64,000 bases of DNA. Origin: Phallusia mammillata (lineage: Eukaryota). The translations under genes and the position numbers were made by a program. The notes beneath the pieces were generated by a model, which saw nothing but the letters and a program-made list of their open reading frames with translations, had not been told where the DNA came from and did no database searches. Location of the stretch: assembly GCA_965637545.1 (NCBI GenBank), contig OZ281500.1:7750001-7814000 (forward strand). The letters run 5' to 3'. Shown here in pieces: positions 10,636 through 22,800 of this stretch; position 1 is the first letter of the stretch; every line of letters begins with the position of its first letter.

Positions 10636-13600
10636 CTACCCCTGCATGCTGGGAGCTAGTTGCTCAGACATTGCAAGGAATCGCTGGGGTTGACCTGGGA
10701 ATGAGGAAGCTTGCAGGTGACACCTTTTTGACAGGGTTGGCACAGTGGCTTGAAGAGGCTTGTTGCAATCTGACGACATAACATAATAAGTCAGTCACAA
10801 ATCATATTGCCAATAGCTAAAATAGTAACTATGATTATGTGATAAAATATCATAGCCAAGTTTGATTGTTTCTGCAATCAAATCTTTTGGATACTGATCC
10901 CAACATACCTTGGTTCTGCATTTCCCCACTACAGTAGCTTGGCATGCCCCATTTTACGATCTCAGCGTAGGTTAGAGGACGGTCGTGGCTCTCGAAATCA
11001 GCAAGTGGAGCCGACTCGTCGTCAGTTTCTTCACCTTCTGATGCAGTCAAGGTTTTGTCAGAGTCGTAGCACAGTGGTGATTCGCCAACCTCCATATTTT
11101 CTCCATCAATAATTGTGTCTGGTTCTGAGTTGTCCCTAAATTGCTGCTTGGCCCAGGTGGAGTTTGGAGAGGCAAATGCAGCCTTAGACTTGCTGGCTTT
11201 TTGACAAGGGATCTGTACACAGGGAAAAAACAAAAATATTACTTACTTGCTTTACAAAGTGTGCACAAAGTAAGAACAAAGTGTGCACGAATACAATCGG
11301 TGTCTAACAGACACTCATGAACACCAGGTTTGGTCTCTCATAACAAACCTGTGGTTTGAGGTATGCATGCCATTAGAGTTACAGTGGAGCATGGTGGTAC
11401 GTTACTTAGTAGCTTTCTGCTATACTTTTTATGTCAGATTATGCTATGCAACTTGGCTGGCCCAACTAATTAGCCCTGGTTTTGGGGCAAAATTCATGTC
11501 TTGAGCAATCCTTGAAAATTGCTAACCTTGCTAATTTCAGAAATATGCTAGCCTAGTCAAGAAGAACAGGCCAAGCTCTTGGTCTATCTATTCAAACAGG
11601 GTTTAGATGGGTTACATAACACCAAAAGTCGCCAGGTTGTACGAATAAGGAACAAAGTATTTTTACACTGAGATTTGTGATCAACTGTTAGTTTGACAAA
11701 AATGTTTGTGGATACATTAATGATTGATTCAATACAAAAGGCTTGAATGTACCAAAATTACTACCTGGCTTGTGTGTAATGGAATATCTTCTGAATTTAC
11801 TTTTGTGTAAACTTTTTCAAAAAGGGTGTCAGATAGAAGGTTGTTGAGAGTTTCCCTGCACTGCATGAAGTCACTTGTTTGGATCTGAGAAAAACACATA
11901 GTTACTATTACACCGAAGGTACAGTAACACTAATTTGTGTTTGTGATAATTAACTGATCAACCTTGGTAAAATTTGCCAAACAACATGAGAATCACCCTT
12001 GGCAAGTGCACTTGACAACTGTCAACAACTTGTCAAGAGGCAGCAGCCACCTATGATTCTTAACCAAGGCTGAACACTTCACATCGCAGAGAAACTTAAC
12101 TTACATTCTAGATTTCAATGGGCAGCTGGAAACATGAGAAGTAGACAATAGATTATTGTACATTTAATTAGGCACTCCGCGTCACCAACAAGGGTATCCA
12201 GTTACAAGTGTTTGGGAATTACATTTATGAAATTTTTCATTGTATTCTACTCGACAAAATTTGCTGCTGTGGCATTCTGTTTTGCGGACAAAGTATAAGC
12301 TGGATTTTTTATTCACTTTTTTACCTTTGCGATAGCCTGCAACTGCCCAGTAATGGATGTCCATTTACTGGCGTCAACAATGATCGATTCCAACTCCAAT
12401 GACAACAGTGCTAGTGCAATTGCTGCATTGGGAAACCGGGCCAGTTTGTAGTGACACATTGCATGGGTCAAGTCGTTAGTCAGAGCTGCCAATCGATGTG
12501 TAATTGAGATCACTGATGACAGGTCAGTGAAATGGCTGAAGGCTATAACTTGGAACTGTTCAAAAGGATTTACAGTTAGTCAACAACTCCTGGGTATGTT
12601 ATGTGCATTTGGGTCTTACTATATGTAAATAGTGCAATGGGGTTGTTGCATTAATGTCCCATGAAAGTTTCTCCAGAATAATTCTTTCCATTCTTAAAAC
12701 ATCGCATATTCGACATCCACAGTTACTGTCTTCAACCAATTCACCAGTGCACGGAATGACCTGGGTTGAATGAATAAACAAGCTTTATGTCAAATAATTT
12801 TTCAAACACATTGGACGGTAAATCACATCATTGCTGTCTATATTAAGGGCAGGAAGAGTCAATCAAGCCAGGGTGATGGAAAGGCATGCATAACTATTAA
12901 ACCAGTGCTAGCTATAATTGATGGTCCCAGTTGTGAAATCATACTTCCTTTTCAATAGGATGCCAGCTCAGTCACAGCACAAAGAACCATTTAGGCCTAT
13001 TTTGACTATATTTAAGAAATAAAAAAATATATGTCCTGCTGCAACAACAACACTGTTTAATATTGTAATATTTAGCAAGATAGAAGTTAATGAAATGTGT
13101 TGGTTGTACTGTACTTTTGTCCAGTGTATGCTACCATTTGGCAGTTGTTTGATAAAATGTGTTGCTTAGATTGTACTTCTCGGAATTTTATGACAAATTT
13201 GGCATTTGTTGAAAAAAAATGTGCTGGTTATCTTCTCCACATTCTTTGTTTAGTATTAAGAGACATACAAACAACATTTTAATGCACACAATCTATGCTT
13301 ACATCTTCTTCTTCAGTGATCTTGCTTGCCAGATAGAAACAGGTAATAGCAATGCATTTGAGGTATTTCGGTTGGGCCTGTTGGGAAAGCATAAAATTAG
13401 GTTTTTGTGCAAGTGTTCAAAAGAAAAAGGGTATTTAACACAACAATGTCCCACCTTGACTGCTGTTATGAAGCGGTCAAGGATACTGACAGCAAGGAAG
13501 AATGTTTCAGGGTGAAAATTGAACTGGTTGTTGAGTTCAGCAATCCATATCACAACCTCGTCGCGGTCTTCGGGACTCACGTCCTTCTGCAAAACAAGGT

Positions 13601-16477
13601 TGTACCAGTTGAACCGCAGCATTTGAATACATCAAGCAGGACAAATAATCAACTCAAAATCGTTAAGCGTTTGTTGACTTACGACCCACAGAGCAAATAC
13701 GACAGTTGCGCCATACAGCCGTCACTGTGTACTTAAAATGCCAGGGCGTATGCGGGCAACGGTGACGTCGCTCGCTACGCCTGGGTGATTTTCGCTAAGC
13801 TCGTCCTTTTCTTAAACGCGAAGACGGAAACCGCGTCAGGTCGCGCCCCAGCGTTGCTGTGAGCGAACATTCAAATAGTTACCGCCTGGAAACCGCCGCT
13901 CGTTAAGGGAAGGCGGCAACGCATCAAGTCGCGTTCGTATTTAAATGGCCCAGCCGCCTACACGGTCCACAGGCGAAGCGAAGGACAAAAAAACGACCTC
14001 CAAATTTGTAGTAAGGTCACGCAACAGCGGCGCCCTTGAAAACAGTGCAAATCGCCCGAAGCACCAACCACGTATGGCGAAGTGCCATTCCTAATTGCAC
14101 CATTATGGCGAAGACTTATATTTGCACTCAACATTGATCAACCTTGCAGTAAACCATGTTTGCGTTGAAACATATGTCATGACGAACAAACGTGACCCTC
14201 CCTGGTAAAATGTAGGCCAAAAGTAAAGTAGCAAGCACTGTCAGCACAAAACAAAACCTATATATACCTGTTTTACCTTCCACAGATAGTAGGAAATTAT
14301 TTTGGGTGCATGTTTACAAGTTATACTAAAGGTTACTAAAATGTCAAAAACTACTATAAGGGAAACACATTAATATGCTAAGTAAGTTAACTAAAGTTTA
14401 ACAGTCCTGCATTACCAATTTTATTAAATATGACCACATCCTTTGTTCTCATAGGAAAGGAAGTGGTTTACATGGTTTGACAGAAGGTAACATGCTACTG
14501 TTTGGTGGGGCTAAAACAGGTTTACATGTTTTTCTTCCAACATTTAATACATCTGATCTCAAGCAATGCCCGATAAAGTTGTTTTTCTTAAATTATTTTA
14601 TAGTTTTTGACAATCTTTTGTAAAATTTTAGGGCTAAATCGGAACAAAGTAGTCTAAAACATAGGCTTTAATCTTATCCTAGAGTTTTTGGAAAAATACC
14701 TCATGTTAACTATTTATTTGATTTCAACTTACATATTATCGTCCCACTAAATATTTGGATTTACCACAGCTCAAACTTGAGTTGTAAGCAGGAATATCAC
14801 ATTTTTTTATTCCACAAAGCAGGTTTTATTAATAGAACTACAGGCAAGCTTTTATTTGTATTGAATGTGTTTGTCTCTTTGTTGCTATGATACCATATTT
14901 TTTGACATTAAAAAATGAAGACATATAAAAGACTATGTTAAAATTGTGTTCAACTCGGTTGCTTTTTGGTACATAATAAAGATGATTTAACACAGTGCTT
15001 TTCAACCTTTTTTAGTTTGGTGAACCCCAAAAGTTGTTGTGACAAATTCATGCACCCCTTTTCTTGAAAGGTAAACTGAGGTAAAAATCCTTATGCATAT
15101 CATCATCGTTGATACGAAAGTTGAAGTTTTTGTAAAATATTTGTATTGAGACATCACAGACAAAATAGTTAACTAAATAATAAATTTTAATATTACACCA
15201 AAACTTTTTTCTAATTTCCTCAAGGTCAAATATTAATAGTTTATTAAAAGTTTGTGATGCACCCTTGTATAGGGTTGCCATATTTTGTGATACACAATCC
15301 CTGACAACATTTATCTCGGTTGTGTTAACCCAGTTTTTCTCAAACTTTTTCGTTTTTTTTCTAAACGATCCCTTTGCCATTATTTCGAGGGCTCGCGGTC
15401 CGTAAGTCTGAATGTGTATTTCAGAAAAACGAAAGTTGATTGCAAGATTTTCCAGTTTGAGAACCGCTGCATTAACCTTTTTTGCGATCCAAACACTTCT
15501 ATTCTGAAATAAATTTAGAATATTCGGAAGTCACACGGACGGCGATACGAGATAACGTTAGATACGATACTCTGATCCTTGTCAATTAACTTTCTGCGTA
15601 GGCTTCTATTTAGTTCAGTTTATTAGGCTAAGCTCACTACTCTTACTATCCTTGAAACAATAAGCACATATATCAGGGGTCGCCAACCTTTACCAGTCTA
15701 AGAGCCATTCGAACCAATTTCACACAGAAAACAAACAAAATAATGGGAGCCACAAGGACCTTTTTTAATTTAAAATAAAATGCCACTGTAAAAACGTTTT
15801 TCCGCTCACAACATTCGACTTTTGTTGTTAGTTAATTCCTTGCATCGCACAGTTAAGGCAAATGAAATTTCCCACGTAGCATCGAATGCTGTGTTTTCTT
15901 GAGACGCGGATTTTTATTTGTGTATTTAACGGGTATCTTCAGACAACTAGTAACAAACAGGTATTGTTACGCGCACACACACACTGCAAAACGAAACAGT
16001 AACCTTGTACCTATCCTGTGAGCCGCCAGTTTACGTCTTTATGTTTCATGGTATAGACCCCGTTGAAGTACTAGAAACTTTCTCCGTTGGTACATTAATT
16101 TAATAGTATACATATATATTTTCTTAAATTCCTGACTTTTAAGTACATTTTAACATTTCTCCCTGACGCAGATGTAAACACTAAATTCCCTGACATGTCA
16201 GGGAAAATCCTGACGTATGGCAACCCTACCCTTGAACACCTTTTCGTACTGGTGCACCCCATGCATAATTTGGTGCACACTGGTTGAAGAGCACTGATTT
16301 AACATTACAATACTTTGTGTACAGTCTTATATTTACCATGCTTGCGGGAGATGACAATGGTACACCCTTCCATTCTTCTTTGTCTTTATTCAGTGTGCTT
16401 TGAAGCATAGAAACCAACCGCTGTAGAGGCCAAGCCTGTTCTTTGAGCATAATTCCACTTCCATGAAATTTCTCCAT
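10636..16477 (-). CDS. CCNI: Cyclin I (about 425 aa)
   Basis: Eight phase-consistent exons: 16477-16337, 13586-13455, 13377-13303, 12760-12620, 12555-12325, 11884-11765, 11212-10909, 10769-10636 (1278 nt). Cyclin box QRLVSML..W..|KDVSPEDRDEVVIW..QFNFHPETFFLA.SILDRF..VK|AQPKYL.CIAI.CF.LA.K..EED..LRMERIILEKLSWD matches human CCNI as I recall it. Confidence 0.93.
14993..16296. mobile_element. hAT MITE (4242 family) expanded by a nested insertion, in cyclin I intron
   Basis: TIR CAGTGCT(T/C)TTCAACC; perfect TSD ATTTAACA at 14985-14992 and 16297-16304; internal sequence collinear with 4242-4690. Confidence 0.9.
15270..16228. mobile_element. Nested hAT-Blackjack-like MITE
   Basis: TIR TAGGGTTGCCATA; TSD CCCTTGTA/CCCTTGAA; CCTGAC subterminal repeats; contains a further CAGGGGTCGCCAACCTT element fragment at about 15674. 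Confidence 0.85.
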
Positions 16478-16914
16478 GAATGGTCTTAAGCTGCAAAAGT
16501 AAAAACAAATGCATAAGTTTAGTTTTTCAATACTGTTACAAAAAAATGATTACTGTGCAGAAATAACTGTGTACTGTAGTTATTTTTGCATTAAAATTGA
16601 TTTATTCAAACAATATTTTAAGACAAAATAAGGTATCTTGATTTACATTTCCTGTTAGGGCTTAAATTGCAAATACATGTTTAGGCAAGTAATTGCTGTT
16701 TGTGCCCAATGAAGATGATGTTTAAGTTGGGCATATTTTCTAACAACATTTCAAAATAAATTAGCAAAAGGAGCCTGTAAAAACAACATTGTACATAGAC
16801 TTTTACAGTCAGTAATTAGTTCCCTTCGTAAAGTACCATCAATAAATTAATACGTGATATGCATGTTAACCAGAACAATTGCGGGTCAAAGCCACATAAA
16901 CAACATGGACTAAC

Positions 16915-17210
16915 CTCTCTACAGCAGTGGTTCCTTGAAGTTGTGTTGACTGAGAAGGTATCCATAGATAAAAACTTTACAGAAACAATAGGCAATCCAT
17001 GGCAGTGTTGAAATATGTGTATTTAGGCAATAGCTTCCATGGCTAGAATTTCTTAATAGTTCACAGCAACAAATTTCACAACACTGCTTTTCTTTCACCG
17101 CTATGACACTGGGCAATAATGAACAAAGGCTCTGAAACCCAAAACAGAACTGAAGAGAAAAAAGACAGATGACGTCAATCACACAGGAAGGCAACCGTGA
17201 CGTAACATTA
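16915..17210 (-). promoter_or_regulatory. Cyclin I promoter and probable non-coding first exon, with CRE sites
   Basis: Palindromic TGACGTCA at 17170-17177 and TGACGTAA at about 17198; donor GAG|GTTAGT at 16914; acceptor at 16491, 13 nt before the ATG. Confidence 0.55.
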
Positions 17211-18073
17211 TCTCTGTAACAATTCCTTTGTGGTTAATATTTTTTAAAGCTTATATTATTAATCATAGTACAGGCTTCGAACGTTCAACTATAATTATCA
17301 ATTTGCATTTTTACACCCCGTGGTCTAGTTTGGAAAGCATAATGTGTTACGGTTGACTGAGCGCAAAAATGGAAGGTTTTCTGGAAGCATCTCTGTTTGC
17401 ACATCCGCACGGCGCACGTATCTGCACTTCAACACAACAAAAGCGCAAACTAAAACAGTCGCTCACGTATCACTACAGTCTCGTTGGCATCTTATATCTT
17501 GTAGTATAACAAATGATTTTTTTGAAAAAAATTTTTTTTGTTACGCAACCTTTATCCTGCAGTTTGATTTGACATTTCTTTCTTACTTACCGCACTTGTT
17601 GTGCTAATACTGCTTTGTGTTGAGAATCGGAATGTTTTAGTTTGGAGCATGTCGCCAAAACAAAACCCAAACGTTTGTAATGCTGTTTTTTAAAAATATA
17701 CCGACTTCATATTAATTTTGTTTCGATAGAAATATTTCTGATGTGGATCGGCAACACTTAATTGCTGCACCTACATCATGTATGTGTAACTTTTAGCACT
17801 AACAGTACAAAGTACTATATGTCTTGTAATATTGTTGTTTTTAAAACTGTTTTCTTTGCAGAAAGTATCAGGCTACTGATTTTGTATCAGAGACGGAGTT
17901 GAAAGACTGTAAATGCAACATTTGGGCTAGCCGCTATTGCATCATAAAACATAGGCCTACCGATCTCTTCATATCGTTGGACATTTGGTGAACTTGAAAC
18001 CCAGAATAGAATAAGCATAGCACAGGGACTGCGATAAAAGGTTTTGAAAAACCTGTATGTTTGTAGTGCGGCC

Positions 18074-19225
18074 CAGAGTTGTAAGTTGGGCCGGTTACGG
18101 GTTGAGTCCGGGCTTGAGTTTCAATAAAGCGGGTAGGCTATGGTTCGGGCCTGACTTTACACTTCATTTTGCCGCATTTTTACCGACACTAAATCGGATC
18201 GGACGATCAAACCAAACATTAATAACATGTTTTTACGCCCCGGTTTTATTGTAGGGATTGCAGTTATAAGAGCTATATAAGTTTATAAATGCAGCCTATA
18301 CTTTGTAAGCCATTCTCTTTTATAATGATCTGAATTAAGTGCGTATTGCAAATGATTTAATTTCCTAATTTAATCGACTATTTCCAACAGTATTTGTCTA
18401 CATTGAGGTTTTTTTTAGCACAAAGATGTCCAGATAGATTATGGACTTTGCAGTTTAGTTGGGTTTGCTACATACATTTTTGGTGGGGGGACACAGGTCT
18501 TACGGGGAGGGCACGAGACCCGAAAGTTACTTTTAGGGGGCCACGGTGCATGAAAGGTTGAGAACCACTGGTCTACACTTAAATCAACAACCGAATGTTA
18601 GAGCGACTGCAGTGGTGCATCGGCGTCAATACCGTACAAATCTCTATCCCCACCACGCGGTGAAACAAATAAGACAGGAATATTCCTGACAGATGTTTAG
18701 AATAATTACATATTAGTGCCACTATGGTATCTAAGACTTTGGTGCTTAATTAACAATTAGTACTTGATTATACTACGTACCGTATACTTCTTTAGCTTTA
18801 ACAGCCAAATCTACTTTAATCTCCCCCTTCAAACAGGGGTTGTCAAGTCGAGCCCCGTTTTGTTTTTTAACAAACGGGCTTGATTCGTATCATTCTGTGT
18901 TAGTATTTTAGCTAGTTGCTGTGAATGACCTAATGCCCAACAGCCCACAAACGTCTTGTTTGAGCCATGGTCTAATATTGTCCATCGTGCATGCCTTTTT
19001 TTCTCATTGGCAGGGTTGCCATACCGTCTTTATTTCTAAGATGTGGTCAAATTTTAAAGGGCAATGTCTTATTTGTGACATCATAATGGAATATATGAAA
19101 AAGATGGCATATGATATGTCATGGACCGGGCCTAAACGACTTTCGGGCCTAAACACGGGCTACCAAAAATGAGTCGGGTTCGGGTCGGGCTTCCGGCTTG
19201 AATTTCGGCCCCGCCTGCAACTCTG
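18074..19225. mobile_element. Degenerate DNA-transposon-like element with CGGGCT/GGGCC subterminal repeats and nested hAT fragments
   Basis: Termini CAGAGTTGTAAG / CTGCAACTCTG; no clear TSD; related sequence at about 54970-55165; hAT fragments at about 18480-18571 and 19012-19080. Confidence 0.5.
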
Positions 19226-19819
19226 CTTCAAAAAACACGATCGTGCACCACATCGCAAAGTATTGCACGGAAAAATAGTTACACAATCATAACGTATAAC
19301 GCAGAAAAAAACAGACGCCGAGGAATGAAAAGTTGTTCAGGCAAATTAAAAGCCATAAGTGCACTTTAATGACCCAACAAAAAGAGGCACACTTTCGTGT
19401 TTTGGTGACAATTTAAATAAGTATTGGCGCACTTAGGCAACAAAACTAAAAACAATGCACAATAAACAATAGCGATGTACCCAAAGTATAATACTACAGT
19501 ATTATGCTATATAGCTGGCAAAAACTTGAAAAAAGAACTTATTAGAGATTAAAGTCCCACTGTACAAAACGTGAATATTTTAGCCCAGGCCCAAGCTAGA
19601 TTAACTAAATCTTAATGATCGGAATTTTCCAATGTCCACACCCAAATCCTGTTGAGCTGCATTCCGCGCACACCCAAAGCCGATCAACGTTCTTGTGATC
19701 TATTGATATTGAACAAAAATAAATATATCCTCTTTATGCCTACGCACAAAGCAACTTTGGCCTGTATACCGAAGCCCTATACACTCATTTCAATCAAAAA
19801 CGATTTTTTTCACACAGAA

Positions 19820-22800
19820 TCAAGTTGTGTTGATGCAGAGCGCGCAGAGACCGGCCCCGGTTTGGCCATCAGGTGTTAACGCCTGATTGATACTGATGAC
19901 CATAGGACGTGGTTCAAAACTGGAAGTGTCAACAGATTTCTCCAATGCTGCGTTTTTTAAATGTACGTAATTGGCAGCGATTGTTATTCTAACGTTATCG
20001 TGGCCTTGAAAGAAATTCATCTCATCGCTTCCGTTCCAGTTTCTGTGGAGAAATAAACGAAATTTTTAGTGCCGCTTTAGAATCATCATTAGGGTCCTTT
20101 ATGGTTTTCATACCAAATACCTGATGTTGTTCAACTGGGAATGTCTTGAACTAGCACTGGGGGTAAATTTTTATGAGGATAATTATTTATGTGTGCGGGA
20201 TTATTGTGTTGAAACATTGGAGGTAAATTTTAATTTCAAAGTCTCCGGGGGGGCTGAACGAGAGAAAGAGTGTCGAGAATGTCTGCCTAAAAATGTGGAC
20301 AGCCGTATCAGTAACGGAGATGATATCGCCTAAACCACAAGACCAGTTCTGGGAAAGGTCGGGTGCATTGACAGATAAGAGAACAACATCACATTCAGCT
20401 ATATGCAAATTTCTGATGATTTGTGCGTATGCAGTACTACATATTTTTGGACCAATTCACCTAAGTGCTTTGAATTAACTTACCCGCTAAACGAAAGAGT
20501 GTTATTGGAACCCGACAAGCCATCCCAACTCCCATTGGTTTCAGGAGTTTGATAACCGATGTCCAAATGATAACCAGTGGGTTTCTCTCCGTACCACAAA
20601 TTAATTGTTACCTTTAAATAAAACCGATTTTTTTGGTTTATGAAATGTAAAGAACTGTTTTTAGGGGTGGCATGACTTACGACAGAAAATGAAGACAAGT
20701 CAAGAACGATTTTTGCTTGTCGAGCGCAAGATAGTGTTTCGTCACGCGGTGGCGCTAACTCGATGCGAACGCTCGAGTTTTCGCTGATTTCCTCAATTGT
20801 CTCGCTTCGCAAGTCCAGAGAATGTTGGCAAGGCATTTCATAACAGATACCCTTATGACCTTCAAAACATTTCAGTTCGTTTTAAAATTACGGCTTTGTA
20901 AAGTAATGAGTTATATGATAGACTGAAAAAGTCTGAAGTCGTCCACCGTTTTATTTAGACATATATATTTCACATAAGTAATAGGTATTGTTAGTACTTG
21001 TCAAAGTTTTCAGTCTGTTATTATATGCGACTGTTGTCTATATCTCTCGTACTGAGTCTCTGGTGACTCGTGATTTACAATATACTACACACAGTTTTTG
21101 AGTATATAATATCATGTTTTAAACTGGCAGATAAAACTTTGAACTTGCATACACACCATCCCAAATGGGTAGAAATACAGGTTGCAAACTGCACGTATAA
21201 CTTCCAGATTGCCACTCCACGAATTTAATGTCACACTTTGACCTGCAAGTTGAGTAGAGCAGGTCACCGTTCGTGCAGTGATATTTTCCGTGGTGAGTTG
21301 ACGGTGGCGGTCCTCGGCAACCCTTCGGAACGCAACTAAATGGTTTGGGGGGCAACCATTCCCCATTCTCGCATTGCTAATCAACAAACGATGCAAAATT
21401 AAATATGGCATATAAATCGCATAGCATGTTAAAGCAATAAACCAATGGTATCTTTTAGTAGCGTTATGTGAAAAAATTTAAATTCCTAAAACAGGGTATC
21501 TTCATGTGGGATCTTGGTTACAGCTATAGGCTGAATGAATTCTTTTAGAAATCTATTAATTCTAAACAAATGTTGCAATAACTTTATTTAAAGAACATTT
21601 TGAAACCTAGGGACAAACTAGTTCTACAATATGCTGCTGCTAATAAATTTAGATTTTTGGTGCAGATATACGGTCTGTATATCAATTATTTTCTGTGGAT
21701 TATATAGGTAATAAGTTTAACCAGAAATTGGCCAGTGTAAGACATTAGTCTAGGTCAGCAGATTTCAACTTGAATCAAGTAGCCTTATAACGTAAACAGC
21801 GGCTTTTCAGGGAATTATCATTGTTGACATGACGTCTGCCAAATTTCGATGAGCTGGCCTAGCTTATTATAAATCACCGTACTTTGGCAGTGGGACGAGA
21901 GTCGCGGTTTATAAATCCGTAATCACAAGTCAAGAGGCAAATTGATCCGAGCCGATTCCCATCTGAGCAGTATAACGTGGAAACACTAAACCTGGAAAAT
22001 TTTGGATCAACCTCAACTTCAATATCGGGGCATCGACTTCGAATACACTTGCTTGGTGGCATTGGATCCCATCCCTTGTCCAAGGTACATGTACTAAAAA
22101 TTTCATTTTTTTGCAATAAATTACGGATAACAAAACTATACAAAACATGTTTGCCACGACTATTACAGCACGCGAATTTACTTTGAATTTCACTGAAGTG
22201 TTGTTTATTTACTAGTAATTATTTGCTGTAAATTATTTTTTAAACAAAAATTTAATTTGCTTGTAGTCTATAGTTGTCGGATGGTTTACCGACAATAATA
22301 CAGTGTTGTTGCCAGACGTATTTTATAACCTTTCCGTTTTGTTCAAAATTTAAACCAATCGTCGAAAAGTGGGATGATTTGTTTATATTTGCCGGTTGAA
22401 CAAAAGGGATACTTTATGAAATGTAATGAACATTGTAGTGCAACGCAATTAAACTTTGTCAAGTTGTTTACTAACGAGCAAACATATTTTCAAACACGCA
22501 AACATGAATTCTCGCTTTACAGACCTTAATCCACTATAATCAGGCACAAAACATTTTGCTATGTAGTTAAACCTTGATAAAAGATAGATTACTTGCTTAT
22601 TGATACATCAGAATGGTTTACACTAGACTGGGTTAAAAGGCTGAGTTTACTTGTAGCAAAATAGTGAGAAATACATTTTGGCAATAGACAAGCGGGGCCC
22701 ACCTGGTTGAGTTTCCAATCAGCTGATAACCATCTCGACAGGAAAATGTACAAGTCGATCCAATAGCGTTGCCATCGTTACATACAGCTCGGGGGTCGAC

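Noticed and set aside
10850-10908. Cyclin I ending at the ORF-track stop at 10850
   Set aside because: Strong donor AAG|GTATGT at 10908 and an in-phase 44-codon final exon (10769-10636) fit better
13587-13622. Cyclin I start at ATG 13622 (MLRFNW)
   Set aside because: The upstream exon 16477-16337 matches the CCNI N-terminus and splices in phase to 13586
17344-18000. Plus-strand coding gene divergent from cyclin I
   Set aside because: Candidate exons are out of phase with each other and show no homology
18610-18650. tRNA A-box-like GTGGTGCATCGG
   Set aside because: No B-box or cloverleaf follows
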